From Pavona decussata (Eukaryota), in contig CDRNST010000143.1 of NCBI GenBank assembly GCA_977016875.1, positions 1,922,001-1,986,000 of the forward strand: 64,000 nucleotides of DNA, given 5' to 3'. Shown piece after piece: positions 13,473 to 24,730 of this stretch (positions are counted from its first letter, which is position 1; every line of letters starts with the position of its first letter). The position numbers and the translations under genes were made by a program. The notes below the pieces were generated by a model. It saw only the letters and a list, made by a program, of their open reading frames with translations. It was not told the origin of the DNA and did no database searches.

Positions 13473-16282
13473 GTACAGGGTGGCCCATCGGAGGCAATGG
13501 TCAACCGTCATGCATCTACCTACCTAGAAATTGATGTTTCTATTTATTAATTACTGTGACTTGAATTCATTTGGGCGAGTTGAAGGGGGAAGTTAGCTCA
13601 ATATAAAGAAAATTAACGTAAAAGAGAAAGTAAATTTTCCTAATGAAGGAAATTAACGCAAGTGTGGAAGTCTTGTACTCCTTCAAAAAGGTGTTGATGA
13701 TTCCAAAGCAGTTTTTTCATTCAGTCAACAATTTAGCAAATTTACTGATAAATACATCATTCTCAATTTAGCGAATGTAGGGAAAGCGATTTGTAATAGC
13801 AAGAATTATTGACTTCGTAATTTTGTATCAAACTGTAAAAATATTCTAGACGAGGAGAGCCGCTTAGCTTTTTTGAAGTGACCCCGCCTTATAAGGATAG
13901 GTGTCAAAATCTGGGGTGGCAGCGATAAAAATGAGCGTTTTCCACGTCCCAGTTTATTAGAATCGTGGAAATTAACATCTCACGAACAAAACACGAATAA
14001 AAATTAACGCGAGTTTTGGAAATTTGTTCTCGTTTTGTTTTGTGGAGCATAAATTTCCTACAATAAGATGTTACGAAAATAATCGAATATTCTAGAAGCG
14101 TAGTGTAGCATTTGTGGTACAGGCTTTCGTGCCCTCCTTAGTCTCTGTTCTCGTCTGCCCGTGAATTATAAGGCTCTTCGGACTGCTACTTTTTCATGCG
14201 ATTCATTAGATCTGCACCAGGCTTCTCCGCAAGTTCCTTCCGGTGTCATTGTAGTAAGCACATCCAATTTTAATAGCCCATACTCGGACAAACACAGCGA
14301 ATGGACGTTCAAAACATCGCACCACGAGGTATAAGAACTACTCAAAGTAGATCTATATTTTACTAGCCAAGTCAATAAAATATCCTTGTCTTTACTAGAA
14401 GTTTCTTTTAAGATTTTGTATGAGTGTCCTCCATGCACGGAACAAAAGCATGAACGGCCATCAAAGGGGATCAGTGACTATATATGCCACCATATAACAT
14501 TTTTGCTGATACATTGGACGACCCAACGTTTAGATCCGTAGGGGGTGCTTAAAGCTCCGCATGTCCATAAATTATTTCTTGGCCCAAAAAGTTGATTAGT
14601 TTAAGTAAAAACTTCGTGTCCAGCTGTAAATACTGGACCAGTGGCAATGCCTGAAGAGGGCCGTGTGAAAGAATTAAAACTCTTTATCCCATGAGAGGGC
14701 AAAGTACAAGTTTGTTAAAATATCCACTTCGAAAAATTAAAAATCGAATATCGCAGCTGAAAAGAACTCCCCCTTGAATTTATTTTCTAAATGGGCACAA
14801 TGTATAATTTTAACTTCAAGCTTAGAAATAGGAACCTGCGAACGAGCACATTGCTGGTTTAGAATTTTGGCTGTAGGAGGGGCTGGGTGCCACGTCGAAT
14901 CGAGCTGTTTCACACTTATGGTGCATAACAGCAAAGGCTCATTTCGTGACTTCGGAGAAATTTCCTCTGTGAAAACTGCAACCCTGTTTTTTATGCCGCC
15001 CCTCGCTTTGAGGTGTTCTCAGCAAGCCCATGCACGGCTACTTCACTCGTGCTCCACTCACGCACTCACGGCCACCTGCAGGGTGTACACCCAACCTAAT
15101 ATAGCCGACCTTTCAAGGGGGGATTATGCAACGGTTTACAATATAGCACGGTAAACACCAATCCGATATATTAAGGTAAGCCAGGGCTGGATCGAAGTTT
15201 CCAGCTTTCGTGCACAAACACGCGAGCTCGATTTGGAAACTTCCTGCCTTTTAAATGTCCTTTAAAAATGTCGGATATGCTATATTGTCACCGAAGGGGT
15301 TTAATCCCTATTAAGGAAATGCCTGCATTGTAGTCAACTGATTGAAAAACCCTAGGTTCAAAGGTGTTATTGAGGTCGAATATTCCTAGGGAAGATTAAA
15401 ATCGTCTCCAAACTCGCTATCGCGTTTATTTCTCCAAATGAGTAAGCTACGGTGTGTAAAAAGCCGGGTTTTTGTGCGTAAAACAAAATCTGATTGAGCT
15501 ACCAGGGTGTTAAATTAATGTTGTTTGATCTTCTGATGTCCTCTAGAATTCGATCAATATTGTTCCGAGCTTTCATTGTTAATCAAACTTACACCAGTAA
15601 GTATACGAGTTGGTTTCACTGTGTGACTATCACATGAGAATCGTAACCGAGTAATTAAAATTTCTTCTCATCAAATATATTCTCGAATAGTTCTTCTTGA
15701 AACCCTTGGCCAGTGGCGCTCAAGGAAACAAGTTTTAAAATGTTGTTTCTTGTGTTACCATACAGTTCGTTTTTTAAAAGGCCAATTAAAGGAGTAATTG
15801 TTCTTGGAGCCTGTTTTTAAGGTGAAAATTTAAGCCCCATAAAATTGTAGGGAACGAACTTGTATTCAACGAATTTGGGAGATATTCATGGTTTTCAAAG
15901 ACGCAAAGCAGACTTTAATTTCGCGTCTTTTAGAAGCAATAATTTCCTCCCTCAGAAAAGTTTGTCCTCTAATCCAACAAGAACTTTGTTGTCGAATTCT
16001 TATGACCAAAGCATACGTAGAGATGCGCACGATTACCAGGCTTTTGAGATGAAATTTGTACACCGCACCTTTTTTGTTTTTGTAGCGTCCATATCTATTC
16101 TTACCCTAGAGTGTCTGATCAATCTTGAAGAAAAAAAAGTCAATTATATATGAATAAAACCATTAGCGTGGTTTATAAAACAGCAGTTAAAAATTCAAAC
16201 TGCAGGACACTTCATTCTCTTCACGTGATTACCAATGTACAGTGTTTGAAATTCGTCCTTTAGATGCATAGAGAGATTGATT

Positions 16283-16353
16283 ATCGAGTTGGTCTGCTCA
16301 ACTGAAGATTTGACTTGGCAAGTTGAATCTTCAGTTGATCAGACCAACTCGAT
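16283..16353. repeat. Near-perfect 71-bp inverted repeat (hairpin)
   Basis: atcgagttggtctgctcaactgaagatttgacttg-g-caagttgaatcttcagttgatcagaccaactcgat. Confidence 0.9.
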
Positions 16354-18080
16354 TATTAACGCTCTAGTCCTTCTATTGAGCACTCTTGCCAACAGGCGTG
16401 CATATCAACTAGTATAGATAGATTGATAGATAGATTTGTTAATGTAGCATATAGGATTTTCATTATTTTGATAGTTATTTTGCTTCTGGTTTTGGTTCGT
16501 GAATATATTAGTTTTCAGCTACTCGACCTGTAATTCAGAGGTGAATAACGTTTATGCATGCATGTAAAAACCATTTTTGTTGACCACGCGATCAGTAGTA
16601 TCGAAGGTTGAATTTTAACCGGTGTTCGCATTCGTCCAAGAGGAAGAAATCTCTTTTCGTGCCTTCTATGTGTCTGCAGCTTGCTAACAGGATGATTTGT
16701 GGTCCAAGAACAACCTTACCTGAGGACATAAAGGCAGTTCAGCTCAGTTTTCTGATTTTATGGTAGTAGCGTGATAAAAAGACGACACTTCCAGCAAGAT
16801 TTCAAACGGCCATTTCGCCATTGGTTTTGCTTGTATCCTGTCACCTGCCCACTTCGCGCCACGTGGTACAAGTGACCTTAAGTTTTATTACTCGATGCAA
16901 AATTGTCTAACAGGCCAATTTTAACCGACATGTATCCCATCCTGTTGGTAATTTTTAATGTTTTAACACTTTTCCCGCTGTTGTGCCAGAACTGCAGTCT
17001 AAGATTTTGCTTAAGCGGTGGCCATTTTGAATTTTAATGTTGAATATTTATGCTCAGCCGGGCTCTGCATGATGCTTTTCTTTCTAATAAACACAGCTGC
17101 ATTCTCTAGCTATAGTTGCCCATTGCAAAATTATCTCATGCGCAATATGTCAAAACGAAAGTCTCTTTATTCAAGAATGTTTAACAGTTAAAAATCTGCC
17201 CTACAAAAGCCAGTGTCTTTATTTAGTGAATTTAACGTTTAACGCTTTTCATCTACTGTATATCTATCTCTCCAATGAGACTTTGCCCGTTGCAGAATCA
17301 TCTTATGCCAACTGTGAACCCAACAAGATCATAACTTTGCATTTTTAACGTTACAAAATCTCTTCGAGTAATATTTTCACTTACCATACATACGCGTCTT
17401 CTATTTTTAGTATCCTTTATAAACTTCCCAAGTAAAAATGTCAGAATGCTACACGATAAGTTTTAGATCGTTGCAAAATCGTATCAAGCGCTAAACTCGG
17501 AATTCTGTGAAAATCGTTACTTTGCAACTTTTTGTTTTTGAATATCTCAGACTAATGTTTATTTGACGTATGCGAGCACTATCTAATTGTTATTTATAGT
17601 TCTTACTCTTTCTCCGCATGTAATGTGTCAGTTGCAAAGTCAGATAGCCGTTGCAAAATCATACCTTGCCCAACTGATTTAACTATTACTATTATTGTTA
17701 TCAAGTCTATCGACGGTTTGCATTTTTAAACTTCTTGAAAAAAAAATCTCTCTTACTGATAACGTAGACGTGCGTTATTTGAATAGTTATTTTAAGTGTT
17801 CCAATACTTTTCACTCAAAAGTGCCAAAGTTGCGTTGTATGTCAAACAACGCGCGCCATAGATAGAGCGTACTCCACCTTCTAAAAAAAAAAATTAGTAT
17901 TAGTTTTAACTGAAAAACACAAGTCTGGAAAGTATAAACGATTTCGCACACAGCAGTCTATTTCAGTACATGGTATGGTAAGGGACAAAACCTTATTTTC
18001 AGCTGAAGTCGAATTTACTTGTCAATTATTGCTTATATTGAACTCACAAAACACAAACAAGATCTTATAGGAAGTATACT

Positions 18081-18086
18081 TTTATT
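18081..18086 (-). terminator. Candidate polyadenylation signal of the FoxQ2 gene
   Basis: AATAAA on the minus strand ~465 nt past the stop codon. Confidence 0.4.
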
Positions 18087-18549
18087 TTGGTTTCCCCTAA
18101 ATTTTCCAATATAGTTCACCCATTTTTGAACCGTGACATAACGTGATGCTTCATCCCTTTTTTCCTTTAATACAAATAATGATTTATAGCCGCAGACCGG
18201 AATAAAATACAATATGCACGATCGTTAACTTACATAAACAAATGCAATTTTGTGGTTATGGAGCTGTGTTCATGAATTAATATCATTCGTCCGCACGCAA
18301 CCGAAAAATTGCGTTGTTTGATTACAACTTGCAAATGATAAAACGAATCTCGGTTTTTGTTAAAGGTCGGCTTTCTCATTCAGTAAGAATTAGGATGAAA
18401 GTCATCCGCGAGTATTCAGAGAGGACAATAACCAGATTATAGTTTTGAAAGATCTTGAATACATAAAATTAAATTATCATAATCTAGTTGTTATATAAAT
18501 TATGTTCTAAGTCTCTAATTCAAGTCTTTGTTCTATCGTCTTTAGTCCA

Positions 18550-19383
18550 TTAATGCTGCGATGAGAGCAAGTTCTGAACATCAAAGCTTCTTCTTCGTCC
18601 TGGATCGTGTTCGAGCGAAGACGGTTCGATCTTAACACAGTCAACATCTCTGATTCTAACTTCATCACGTTCGCGTTCTTCATATCTTGGTTGAGTCTTA
18701 ACAGTTTCGGTTTGGGCAGGTACGGTGGTCTTCGCTTCGTCACTGAAGAAAGCGAAATAACGATGTGAATCGCTTAGAAGGCGCTCTGCTGGTTTCAAGT
18801 CCAATTTGATAACCTTTCCAGCTCTTCTTCGGCGATAGTCCCCGTGCAAGAAATCTTCGTAGTACATGGGACAGATCGTCCAGAAATGCCCCTTACCGTT
18901 TGGACTGCGACCTGCCTTGACGAAGCAATCATTGAGCGATAGATTGTGACGAATGCTGTTTCTCCATCCACTTCCTTTGGTCCTGAAGTACGGGTAGCGG
19001 GTCAGAATGTAGCTGTAAATGTCACTTAACACAAGCTTCTTCTCCGGAGAACTGAGGATCGCCTCCGCGATCAATCCTATGTACGACTGACTCGGTTTTT
19101 CGTACGACCTGGCCAAGGAGCTTCCTGACGGAAGGAAGAAGCCACAGCTTCCCAGGGAAGGAACAGTAGGCCAAAAGCTTGCATAGTCCAGTGGAGCGAC
19201 AGCAGCAGGCGCTGGAGGGCCGTGACAGCTTAGCTTTGCCGAGTGTAGGCCCCATGAATACCATGGTGAAAGCTCGTACGCTGAAGGAACAGCGCTGGGC
19301 CAAGATACTGTGCTAACGGACGGAACAGATGGATAATAATCTGGCGCCTTCTCATAGCATGACACAGGACTGAATGCTGACAT
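18550..19383 (-). CDS. FoxQ2: Forkhead transcription factor, FoxQ2 class, single exon, 277 aa, C-terminal eh1 (Groucho-binding) motif
   Basis: Forkhead domain KPSQSYIGLIAEAILSSPEKKLVLSDIYSYILTRYPYFRTKGSGWRNSIRHNLSLNDCFVKAGRSPNGKGHFWTI. The SYIGLI, LVLSDIY, GRSPNGKGH and DFxxGDYRRRRA segments are FoxQ2-type. C-terminal SFDVQNLL matches eh1. Confidence 0.92.
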   Translation of the reverse strand: MSAFSPVSCYEKAPDYYPSVPSVSTVSWPSAVPSAYELSPWYSWGLHSAKLSCHGPPAPAAVAPLDYASFWPTVPSLGSCGFFLPSGSSLARSYEKPSQSYIGLIAEAILSSPEKKLVLSDIYSYILTRYPYFRTKGSGWRNSIRHNLSLNDCFVKAGRSPNGKGHFWTICPMYYEDFLHGDYRRRRAGKVIKLDLKPAERLLSDSHRYFAFFSDEAKTTVPAQTETVKTQPRYEERERDEVRIRDVDCVKIEPSSLEHDPGRRRSFDVQNLLSSQH

Positions 19384-19473
19384 CTTCTTTGTGTACGTGA
19401 AACACTGATCAAGTCACGACTCAATCGTTCGTTATCTAAGACAAGTGTGTTCGTTAGCTGCTCTCAGCAAAAC

Positions 19474-19543
19474 ACTATAACGTTTGGCACCGTACACTGC
19501 TAGTTATAAACGCTCGGCCAAAAAGCCACGTGACCGAGCCAAT
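19474..19543 (-). promoter_or_regulatory. FoxQ2 core promoter: CCAAT box, E-box, TATA, Inr
   Basis: CCAAT 19539-19543 and CACGTG 19527-19532. Minus-strand TTTATAA at 19510-19504. Inr-like TAGT with its A at 19476, 32 nt from the TATA and 93 nt before the ATG. Confidence 0.65.
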
Positions 19544-22500
19544 ACGGTCTTTTGTTCTAGAGTCGAGCTGAGTCGTGGGAAATGTAACATTACGACCACA
19601 TGCGAAGAATATTTATAGCGTTTATATTTGAAGAGGGGAAAAGAATGCGATCCCTGGAGTTGCACGCATGGCTAACAATCGACGTTCCCCTTTATTACCC
19701 TCGGCAGTTTAGAGAAAACAGTTTCTCGACCTGATTTTGTGTCTCAGCTTTCGTTAAGAAGCAGATTAAGTTCAGAGAAGTTTTCTTTGAATTGTTTAGG
19801 CTGGCTTGCGTGTTTGTAGTCTTGGGCCGATTTTTCTTTTAATCCCCCTCGTTGGTGATCTATTTATCACCCGTAAGCAACATCAGTAAGCCGCATGCGA
19901 TAAGTGCTTTAAAAAGTGTGTATATTTTGATCTTTTAGGGTTGGTTTTATCCTTTTAATTAGCCCATTGTCTAGAAAATTACAAGTCAGTCAATTAAATC
20001 CCTGAAAACAAAGCATGCATTTTCGCACGTTTTCACGGCTTTTCCACGGATCGTGAAATATATAATAAAGATAACCTTTTTATTCACTTCAAAATGTACG
20101 CAGTTGAACAATCGCTGAAAATTGCATAATCACTTTTCCGCATTTCGTGCCCAGCCTTACGGAGATAAGCTCTGTTTAATATCCAACATTAAAAATATAT
20201 TTTTGGCGGGAGAAATTTCCTCATAAATAAGTTGTATATTATGAGATCATACTCAAAATAAAGAAATCCCATTCTATCTTTGCGAGATACGGCTAAAAGT
20301 TAATTTTCAGTTTTTATCATACATAACTTGCACACATTTTGTTCCCCCATGGCGGTCGTCAAAAAAAGATAAATAAATAAAAATGAGGAAAATTAACCTT
20401 TTAGTTATCGACTTCAAAATTTAGGCAGTTTTCTGATCATTGAAAATTGCTTAATCATGTTCCCTTGTGCAAGCCTCACAGGAATGAGTTCTGTTTAAAA
20501 TTCAACGTCAAGAATATTTTGCTAGAAAAAAAGATTATCCACTGAACGAGAGGTTCATGATGAGACTGCAGTGAAATGAAAATATCCCATTCTAGCTAAG
20601 CGAGAACGTTAGAAGTACCTTCGCTTTACTGCGATATCGCCTCACGCTAAATGAACTGTTTCTAATGACAAAAAGTTGATTTAACGCAAAGAAAAAAAGC
20701 AAGCCAAGAAAGAAAAGGGAATGAATGTCTTCTGTTCTCTTCGAAGAAGTGAACAAAGGAGAAAAACGCGACTTAGGAGAAAAGAAAAGCAATGTTCGTG
20801 TGTGGAAAAAAAAAAACTCACGTATTTCGATAAAGCTTGATATTGGTTTATAATTTAAGCTAATACATAGTTGGTATCACAACACCATAAATTCAAAATA
20901 TGTCACGGAAGTTTACACAAACTAAACAAATCGATAGCATTATCGCAAGTGTAATAGCAGACTTGACACTAAATAAACAGGTGGTGTAAGCGTGAAATTT
21001 TGAGCTAAAAAAGTGGAAACGAACGTTGGATGGAAGCAAACTGCGTTTGAAAGTTGGGTGCTTAGCTTAGTGCTGCGAACTTGTCCTGCTTTGAATATAT
21101 TGGACGCGAGCGGACTATGGTTGAAAAGACGAGTATTTTAAATTCCGGAAACCTCTGGCAAATATTGCTCTCTTTCAAGTGCAAATGGAAGCATTTCTTG
21201 AAAGCTACCGGATATCATCAGAACTAATCCTGACTTATCGGAGTTAATTTGGCAGGAACTGAAATTCCATTGCAACAATACTTCGTACGTTGCTCGTCGT
21301 GTCTTTGAAGAAGGTAGATTATAGGCTTCCTTTCAAATCTTTCAAATCATTTGTTGTTTTTTAATCCCTAAGTGACCCATAGGCGATCATCATCTAATTT
21401 GCTCTCATAAGACCAATACATTACTAAAAAGCCAAGTCACGAGAAGTAAGCATATGATAAAAAACCCCAAGATGCATTGATACTAAACAAATTATTACAA
21501 CCATTTCTGAATGAAATGCATCGCAACTACAAAGCGAAACCTTTGTTCATTGTTTAAGGGATAATCATAAAGTTGCAGTTCATAGATTATGGTGAATGTT
21601 CCTATACAAAGCCATGTTTTTTTGTCTGACACTACCCAAAACATGCGTGCACACATAGCCTCTAACTTACAAACGTGATTTTCTCAAGGACTTACCAAGG
21701 GGGCCATTGCTGGCAGTTATTCCTGCAATATCTTTAAAAAAATAACATGGAACTGAGTTCATACTTCAGATCTTCAATATCGATTTGTATTGAAGTTAAA
21801 GCGCGCTGATTTCTCTTACGAACGAGATGATATCACTTAAGCTGAGTTAAAAACAATGTTATAATACAACTAAACCTCGTTGATTCGATCCGTGTAGGGA
21901 CTTTTGGGTTAGTTGCCTCTAGCTTGTGATCGGACTATAGCCCGGAAAACTGACACCTGTATCGCGAGAAAGACAAAGTTTTTATTTTAGCTAGTGTTGT
22001 TTTTAGTTACACGACGTAAAGCCTTAAATTCTCTCCTCTCAGAGAAAAAAAAACTGTTAATTGATCTGTATTATACAAGGGCACAATGGCCTGTACTGTA
22101 ACTGAAGCAGGACATTATTGAAACATTTCAGATTAAAATGGAAGTGAAGCGTTTTAAATTGCGAAACTTTGACAGAGTCAAGCTGGATTCTTGAAACGTT
22201 TTGTGGGCGGAGTGAAGGTGAAAACGAGCTGACATACCGGTCATTTAGACGACCACCAAGGGTGCACTATTACTGAAAAATCTGTCTTCTGTGAGAGCTT
22301 GCAGTAACGTGCCGTTTTCTTATTTAAGGTTGACGGATAGCGCTCTAGCTTCGACTAGAAACTGTTTGACAGTGAAGGTATAGATAACGACCATTGCGTG
22401 TTTTTGCAGCAATGGATGATTGATCGTCAGTTTTTCATTAGAGATGGGAGCTTCACTGGAAGAGGCACACTTCGCCAAACATCAACGTTCAATAACCTTC

Positions 22501-22829
22501 GACAAGTTGAAGTTAACGAGTTCACAACAAAGCAAATAAAGTGGTTGCATTTCCTGTTCGTCAACCCATCATAACAATCTCTTTAGAAACTCACTTCCGA
22601 TTTAAATTTGCAGCAAAATAGCATGATAAGTTCAAAGAAATGACTGTGTTTTTTGTGTAAAAGCAAAGTTTGAGTATAATTGTCGCCGAGAGAAGAAAAC
22701 GGGCGTCAGAGCTGCAGAGGAAAATGATTCTTACTGACGACTTTCCAGCTCGTTTGCGTGAATCTAAAAATGTTACCGGAAGATACTGTTGACAACTGCA
22801 AGGTTAAGTATCCAGCCAGTTTCAGTTAT

Positions 22830-23020
22830 AAGTCTATTCCCACAGAGGTCGAAGGTTTTCTCTTGGCCTTGTGTTGTCTCCCATTTCCTTACGGTATCGG
22901 CTAACGCTCAGTGGGAAATTCACGGGTTCACTTTAGCACCTTAACATACATTGCAGAGTCAATTCTGTGATCTATCATTTGTGTCATCAGTGCTGCGGTA
23001 TACAATATTCATTGCATCTA
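22830..23020 (+). mobile_element. Degenerate SINE body
   Basis: attcccacagaggtc...ggctaacgctcagtgggaaattcacgggttcactttagcac resembles an anthozoan tRNA-SINE body recalled from memory; not verified by search. Confidence 0.35.
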
Positions 23021-24542
23021 TCACATAGCTTAGGACATAATGTATCGAAATGCAGGGATCCACGTCTCATAAAGATTATCGCAATGCTTTAAGAAGCAAC
23101 GAAAATTTCGTCGTTAACAGACTACGCGGAAAAAAGATATAGCGTCTTTGCACTTTTGCCGAATTTGGATATGCTATTTAAAAATGAAAGAAGAATTGTT
23201 TTGGAAACTGTTGCTATGTCACTTTTACAAAGTGAGTGTCACACTAAGCTAAAAGAGTGGATGACCTTTAATATCAAATAATTATCCTATGTTTGAGTGT
23301 TTAAGCCAGTTTAAGCACGTTAGCTTTTTAGAAGTTTGAAACACGCTACTTAATGACGTTGCTTTGAAATAAGCAAGCCGAAAAGCACGATAAGTACTAA
23401 GATATGGCCTTCAGTTTCGCAGAAAAGCGTGTAAACTAAAAGGGCTACTTAAAGAGTCACAATCGTACTTGTAATGCTTGAAAATTAAAAAAGAAATCAG
23501 TTGTTGACAAAGGAATAAATATGCGGCATACTTTGGTTGAAACATGGGTACAAATATCTCTTGCCGGCATATTGTGAAAGTGAAATGTGTTTGTACGAAT
23601 ATCGTTGAAACTCATGTTGATCGAGATGTAAAGTGCCACTCAAATGAGAAGTTTTAGGATTCGAAAAGGCGGAAATTCTTTGTTTAGAGTTGATTGTTTT
23701 GTAAAACGGTTCTTGGTGAACTAAAAGCATGAAATTCACGCGAAGGAAGGCGTTTGCTAAAATGGTTTTCTCAAGAAGGAAGTTGCATGCTAGGGGTTAT
23801 GAAATCACTGTGAGCCAAAATATCTTCCACGGAGTATGTCATTGATATTTTATCTCCCAGTTGGAGGCGAGTGTGATACTGTAAAAGACTATTTCTCTAT
23901 ATTGAATTGAACAGATCGTATGGACCAATTTGCTGGAAATGTAAGTAAACTGCAGGATCAGTAGAAATATACTGCTCGCTTTTCCTTATTTTTAAATCTC
24001 TTTCTCATCAACACAGGATCAAAGTCTATTATTTACAGCTTTTTCATCTCTAATCATGCGCTATTGTGCTGTATACAAATTATATGCCATTGGTAGCATA
24101 GGACGCATAGTATAGGAAGTTTATATAATGTAATGTAACGTTCGAAATCCAATACAAAAACTATGATGCAATTTTCTTGGAAGGAAGAAAAGTTCCCGGA
24201 AATTCCACAATCACACATGCCTCATCTTAATGCTAAAAGATCTATTTACGTTTCCTTTGGTCGTTTTACTCTTCAACTTCGTTTTGTTGCTTGGCAATCG
24301 ACGGAATAAAAATGATAATAGTTTCTTGCGGATTCATTTTGTTGAATAATTGTAATAGGCTCCATATAATATTTATTCCTTTACAAGATGGTGCATTTAC
24401 GAGACGTTTTGATAAACGATTTAAAACTTACAGGTTTCGCGACGCGAACTGTTTACTTAGAAATTTACAGAATCCTGTAAAAATCATATAAACATCATAT
24501 AAATTTAATCTGCAAAAAGGGCCACTGGTAAATATAATTTTC

Positions 24543-24730
24543 TACAACATAAAATTTTAGAATTTACAGGTTGTAAATTTAAATTTTCATGTACATGTAA
24601 ATTTTCAACTGGTGAGTGTCAATTGCCACACACTAAAATTTAGAATTTACAGGTTGTACGTAAATTTCAATTTACGCGTACATGTAAATTTTCAACTCGT
24701 AAGTATCAATTGCTACAACATAATTTACAT
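24543..24730 (+). repeat. ~86-bp tandem repeat, about 2.2 copies
   Basis: aaaattttagaatttacaggttgta...gtacatgtaaattttcaact...gt(g/a)tcaattgc occurs twice. Confidence 0.85.

Noticed and set aside
14166-15154. ORFs of 90 aa (minus) and 126 aa (plus)
   Set aside because: Non-ATG starts, no recognisable domain and no supporting splice structure.
18507-19424. Alternative-frame ORFs overlapping FoxQ2, and similar ones overlapping the last exons of paralogs 1 and 2
   Set aside because: Shadow frames of GC-richer coding DNA with no independent evidence.
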